From Squalus acanthias (taxonomy: Eukaryota), in NCBI GenBank assembly GCA_030390025.1, contig CM059452.1, forward strand, positions 10,168,001-10,232,000: 64,000 nt of DNA. Direction: 5' to 3'. Each line of letters opens with the position of its first letter. Position 1 is the first letter of the stretch. The position numbers and the translations under genes are program-made. This document shows, piece after piece, positions 60,142-64,000 of this stretch. A model generated the notes under the pieces. It had not been told where the DNA came from. It saw nothing but the letters and a program-made list of their open reading frames with translations, and made no database searches.

Positions 60142-62478
60142 CCTCAGCTCCAATCACATTTATATTTTATTTTTTCCACCCTTTTATTTGCCCCCTCCCC
60201 CCCACCTTTTTTTTCCTCCTAGAAGCTGGCAGCTGTCCTTCATTCTGCCAGTGGATTTCACACTTCTTTCAGCCTTAATCTGTCACATTAACACCACCTC
60301 TAGCCTTGCATATCTCTTAATGTCTCTTAATGTCTCTTCATCTCCCCCTTTGTTCTTTTATCCCCTCCCCCTTTTCCCAGCTTTACTCTGGCCTTAAATC
60401 TATTTGATTTCCGGCTCTTCACAGTTCTGACGAAAGGTCATCGACCTGAAACGTTAACTCTCTTTCTCTCTCCACGGATGCTGCCTGGCCTGCTGAGCTT
60501 TTCCAGCGTTTTCTGTTGTTATTTCAGATTTCCAGCATCCGCAGTATTTTGCTATCGTCACTTATTTAATGTCGTATTCGCGGCAACCAGTTGCGTACAG
60601 CAACCTCCCACAAACAGCAATGTAATAATGACCAGATAAGCTGTTTTAGTGATGTTGATTGAGGGATAAATGTTCGCCGAGACACCGGGGATAACTCCCC
60701 TACTCTTCTTTGAAATAGTGACACGGGATTTTTTACGTCCAGTTGAGAGAGCAGACTGGGCATCGATTTAACGTCTCATCCAACAGCCAGCACCTCGGAC
60801 AGTGCAGCACTCCCTCAGTACTGCACTGGGGTGTCAGTCTGGACTTGATCTCACAACCTTCTGTCTCACTGGCGCGAGTGCCAGCACTGAGCCACACAAG
60901 ACACAAGATAAGAAGGTAAGACATTTTCCACGCTCATTTACCATTCTAAAAGCAGGATTTTTTATCAATTGATATTTGCATCAACTGATGCTTACAGCGT
61001 AACTGCGGCATTGTCGTGTTTCAGCATAGCTCCCACAATATCATCATGTTGATGTTAATTATACTTCTCTTCAAGGAGTTAATGGAATATACTGTGAGGC
61101 TAAACACAAAGATCAATAACTTCAATATTAGCAGCAAATCCAATTCTCAAAATAACCATTGCTCTGAGTGGGCCATCTTCGGTGCCCCATATGTCATTGC
61201 AAGTCCCATGACACAGTTCAGTGTTCTGAGCAAAAGGTGGCTAAAGGGTGTTATCGTTTCGGGTCAGCTCCCTGCTGAACTGTGCATCGGTCGGAAGCAA
61301 AGGGTATTTGAAATGTGAGATAGGCAGTTGTCTTACGCAGAGCAGAACCAATGACCAGTTTGTTAATAAACCTGGTGGATATTCGGAACCTGCGGCAGCC
61401 CATCCGGGATGCAGAGGTCACGGTTCCAGGCTCCGTCAAACACCGCCATCTTTGTGTGACGTACAATCGGCCATGATTCTGAGGCCCTTTACCCGCCATT
61501 TGTCCTTTGATGCCCTTTCGGTGCCTGCGTGCAATATTGTGTAGCCCTTTACACATCTCCCCTGAAAGTTTTCCGGACCCTTTGATCGCGGCGTGTACAC
61601 TAGGTTTAGTTTATCAGTGTATGTTGCTGGGTCAGAGACTGTTTTTACACAATGAACAGATATCACAAAGTAGTGATTGTGTTCTTTAAAACAAGCCACA
61701 AGCACAGAGTTCCCCCAATGTCGATTCGCCTTCCGAGTGTCGCTTCATTCTCTGTCACTGCACCTGGAAACGCTGGATATTAGAGACCTTGAAAGCAATC
61801 ATTACTTAATTGAAACATAACTTTACAAGCAAATCACAGAAGGGGACGGTGCATGAAGCATTTATTTAAATTACAGAGAGAGTTTATTATTTATGTATAT
61901 TGTGTGTATCTGACTGTATATTGAAATTGGCCCTGGACTGTCTCATATTGTAACCTGACACTCAGTTGCGGGACTGAGGGAGTGCTGCAGGGTCTGAGGC
62001 GCCGTCCTTCGATCAGAGGTTTAACCGAGTCCCGCCAGCCAGTTCAGGGAGATGTTAAAGAATCCCCGGCACTACTGGAATAAGAGCGGGAGATTCTTCC
62101 GGTGTCTTGGGCCCACATTCCACCCTCAATAAACACCACCCAATAAAAACACATGAGCCGACCTCCCAGCTTATTAATGTGGGGCAAAGGACAGCGGCAG
62201 CCTTCGCCGACAGAACAACTCCCCCCTGTACAATGTGGGAGGGGCTTTCACATCGGGCTCAGAGACCCAATGAAGCGCCAGAAAACTGCAGGTTATTCTT
62301 TAAACCTGTCGCTTATTCACACAACTCACAGCCAGAGATCCGGGAACCGTGCGGCCCATCAGTGATCTCCGGGGCACCGCCCTGTGGAAATCAACTCGAC
62401 CCCCTAAAGTATTTCAGTCCAGCTCTGAGGTACAGTCTCCCAGAACAGTCCAGGGCTGCAGTTTCCAGCTCCCCGTCA

Positions 62479-62484
62479 TATAAA
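62479..62484 (+). promoter_or_regulatory. TATA-like box of NAR-TCR V
   Basis: TATAAA 30 nt upstream of leader ATG 62509. Confidence 0.45.
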
Positions 62485-62508
62485 CCATCCGCTCCAGGCA
62501 GCAGAACG

Positions 62509-62989
62509 ATGGGAATCCTCCTTGTTTTCACCCTGTGTGTCTGTTTACCCCGTGAGTACCGATCAAACAAACCGACATTGTGTGGATTTAATATAAAGCT
62601 GCCCGGGTCCATCAAATTGCGGACACTGTCTGGGTTTTAGCCCTGTTGTGTGGTTCGGCTCTGATGGTCCATTAAACTCTCTCTGTTTAATTTCCAGGCT
62701 CTTTCAGTAATTCAGTGGTACAGACCCCGCCAGCGGTGACCAGGGAGGAGTGTCAGTCTCTCACCGTCACCTGTGTTTTCTATGGTGTTTTTTTTGCTAA
62801 TCCTTTAACGAGTGGGAATTTCTTCAGACAAACCCAGACCGGGACAGAGCGGGAGCCGATCTCGAGTGAGGAGCGATTTGTTGTGAGGACGAATAAGGCA
62901 GACAAGACATTTTCGTTGGAAATTCGGGATGTGCGAGTTGAAGACAGCGCCACCTATTACTGTAAAGCTGAGTACCAGTACGGTAACTA
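62509..62989 (+). CDS. NAR-TCR (IgNAR-like) V segment, apparently intact
   Basis: Leader MGILLVFTLCVCLP 62509-62551. V exon 62698-62989: VVQTPPAVTREECQSLTVTCVF...FFRQTQTGTEREPISSEERFVVRTNKADKTFSLEIRDVRVEDSATYYCKA, with NAR-type CDR2 deletion and extra Cys in the A-B loop. RSS CACAGTG 62990-62996 / 22 / ACAAAAACT 63019-63027. Confidence 0.9.
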
Positions 62990-63379
62990 CACAGTGATGG
63001 GCCTCGGCTTCCCGCGATACAAAAACTCTCATTGCAGATTGTGACAGAAACAAGTGAAAAAGCGGAGTTAATCTGCTGTTAAACCCACAGTTCCGCCTCG
63101 CGCCGTCTGCCCCACAGTCTAGTTTATAATCAGATTGGATTATTGCAGTTAACACCTTGAGTTTTGTAAATGCTGAGTGTGTGCGGGCGGTGACGTCTTT
63201 CCCGGGATTGGTATCAATGAATGGCGTATTGGAATGACTGATCCCAGTTACAAGTCCCGAACACCAGAGTGGATCCTGTTCTAACAGCTGGAACCGGGAA
63301 CCGCGGTCCCCGCCGTGTAACTAATGTCCCCGCGTCTCACCGAGTCCCGGGGGATTTGATGCTGACTTGAAACACTGTG

Positions 63380-63392
63380 TTTCCTGGAACCT
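63380..63392 (+). other. D segment flanked by two 12-RSS
   Basis: GGATTTGAT 63352-63360 / 12 / CACTGTG 63373-63379 - TTTCCTGGAACCT - CACAGTG 63393-63399 / 12 / GCAAATACC 63412-63420; all three frames open. Confidence 0.9.
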
Positions 63393-63774
63393 CACAGTGG
63401 CTGAGACCTGAGCAAATACCTGTGTACAATTAAAATATAAATTCCCGGGCCCGGAACCTGAATTGTAGGTTTGATCTTATTATCGCTGTAATCTGGTTTA
63501 ATTTCATTGTAATTTCCTGCTTTCAGTTATCTTTATTTGCTATTTTCTCCGTTTCTATGCAGCGCCCATCTCTGGTCCGTGTTCCTGGGCCATTTTACTG
63601 AGAGCTCAGAGTCTCACAAAGAACAGTTTGAACCGACGGGGACTGTGGAACACGGAATATTGTTTATTGATCCCTGGAATAATTGGGCAGCGCCGACTGT
63701 CTGGTGATGTGTGTCCGGCAGATTGAGGTGTCGGTGGTTCTTGTACCGGGGTGACTGAGAGCGGTGTCACTGTG

Positions 63775-63828
63775 ATTATAAATATGATACTGTGGATGGA
63801 TCCGGGACGGTGGTGACTGTCACAGCCG
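63775..63828 (+). other. NAR-type J segment with 23-RSS
   Basis: GGTTCTTGT 63736-63744 / 23 / CACTGTG 63768-63774; YKYDTVDGSGTVVTVTA+G|gtaagt (DGxG motif as in IgNAR J, phase-1 donor). Confidence 0.92.
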
Positions 63829-64000
63829 GTAAGTGACTCCAAACCCCGCCGTGTTACAGACTGTCCCGGTTAATGTTCACCGTCAGTTTATTATTGTGAT
63901 CACTATCACCTCAAATCCCTTCAAAATCAAAAAGAGCGTTTTCTAATGGGGTGGGGGGGGGTGGAGTTCATTGCAGTTTTAGATTGGGAAGCAGAATATG

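Larger units (their letters stand above)
56638..60558 (+). mobile_element. full-length Penelope-like retroelement with tandem pseudo-LTRs, inserted in a SINE
   Basis: Direct repeat ~56638-57357 = ~59838-60558; flanking duplication cacttatttaat (56626-56637 / 60559-60570); host SINE halves 56535-56637 and 60559-60900. Confidence 0.92.

Overview
Eukaryotic genomic DNA from a cartilaginous fish (shark-type repeats, NAR-type V). It is part of a T-cell receptor alpha/delta variable-gene cluster. It holds about 22 TCR-type V segments, pseudogenes or fragments on both strands, most with leader exon, V exon and 23-type RSS. At the 3' end (62.5-63.8 kb) is an intact NAR-TCR-type cassette: an IgNAR-like V with an A-B-loop Cys, a D flanked by two 12-RSS, and a J with a 23-RSS. 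The leaderless supporting Vdelta is predicted beyond the window edge. At 24.7-25.0 kb, missed by the ORF track, lies an intact immunoglobulin heavy-chain membrane exon pair (TM1+TM2+polyA signal) with no CH exons in the window. Other oddities are intronless leader-V genes that keep their RSS, chimeric V genes with swapped RSS/3' modules, RSS-adjacent CTCF motifs, orphan promoter-leader modules, a heptamer-bearing minisatellite, and two Penelope-like elements with minimal hammerhead ribozymes. The rest is CR1/L2/RTE LINE fragments, SINEs, simple repeats and N gaps (36.5-39.8 kb). All family calls are by eye from motifs; no database search was run. Family letters A-D are my own labels.
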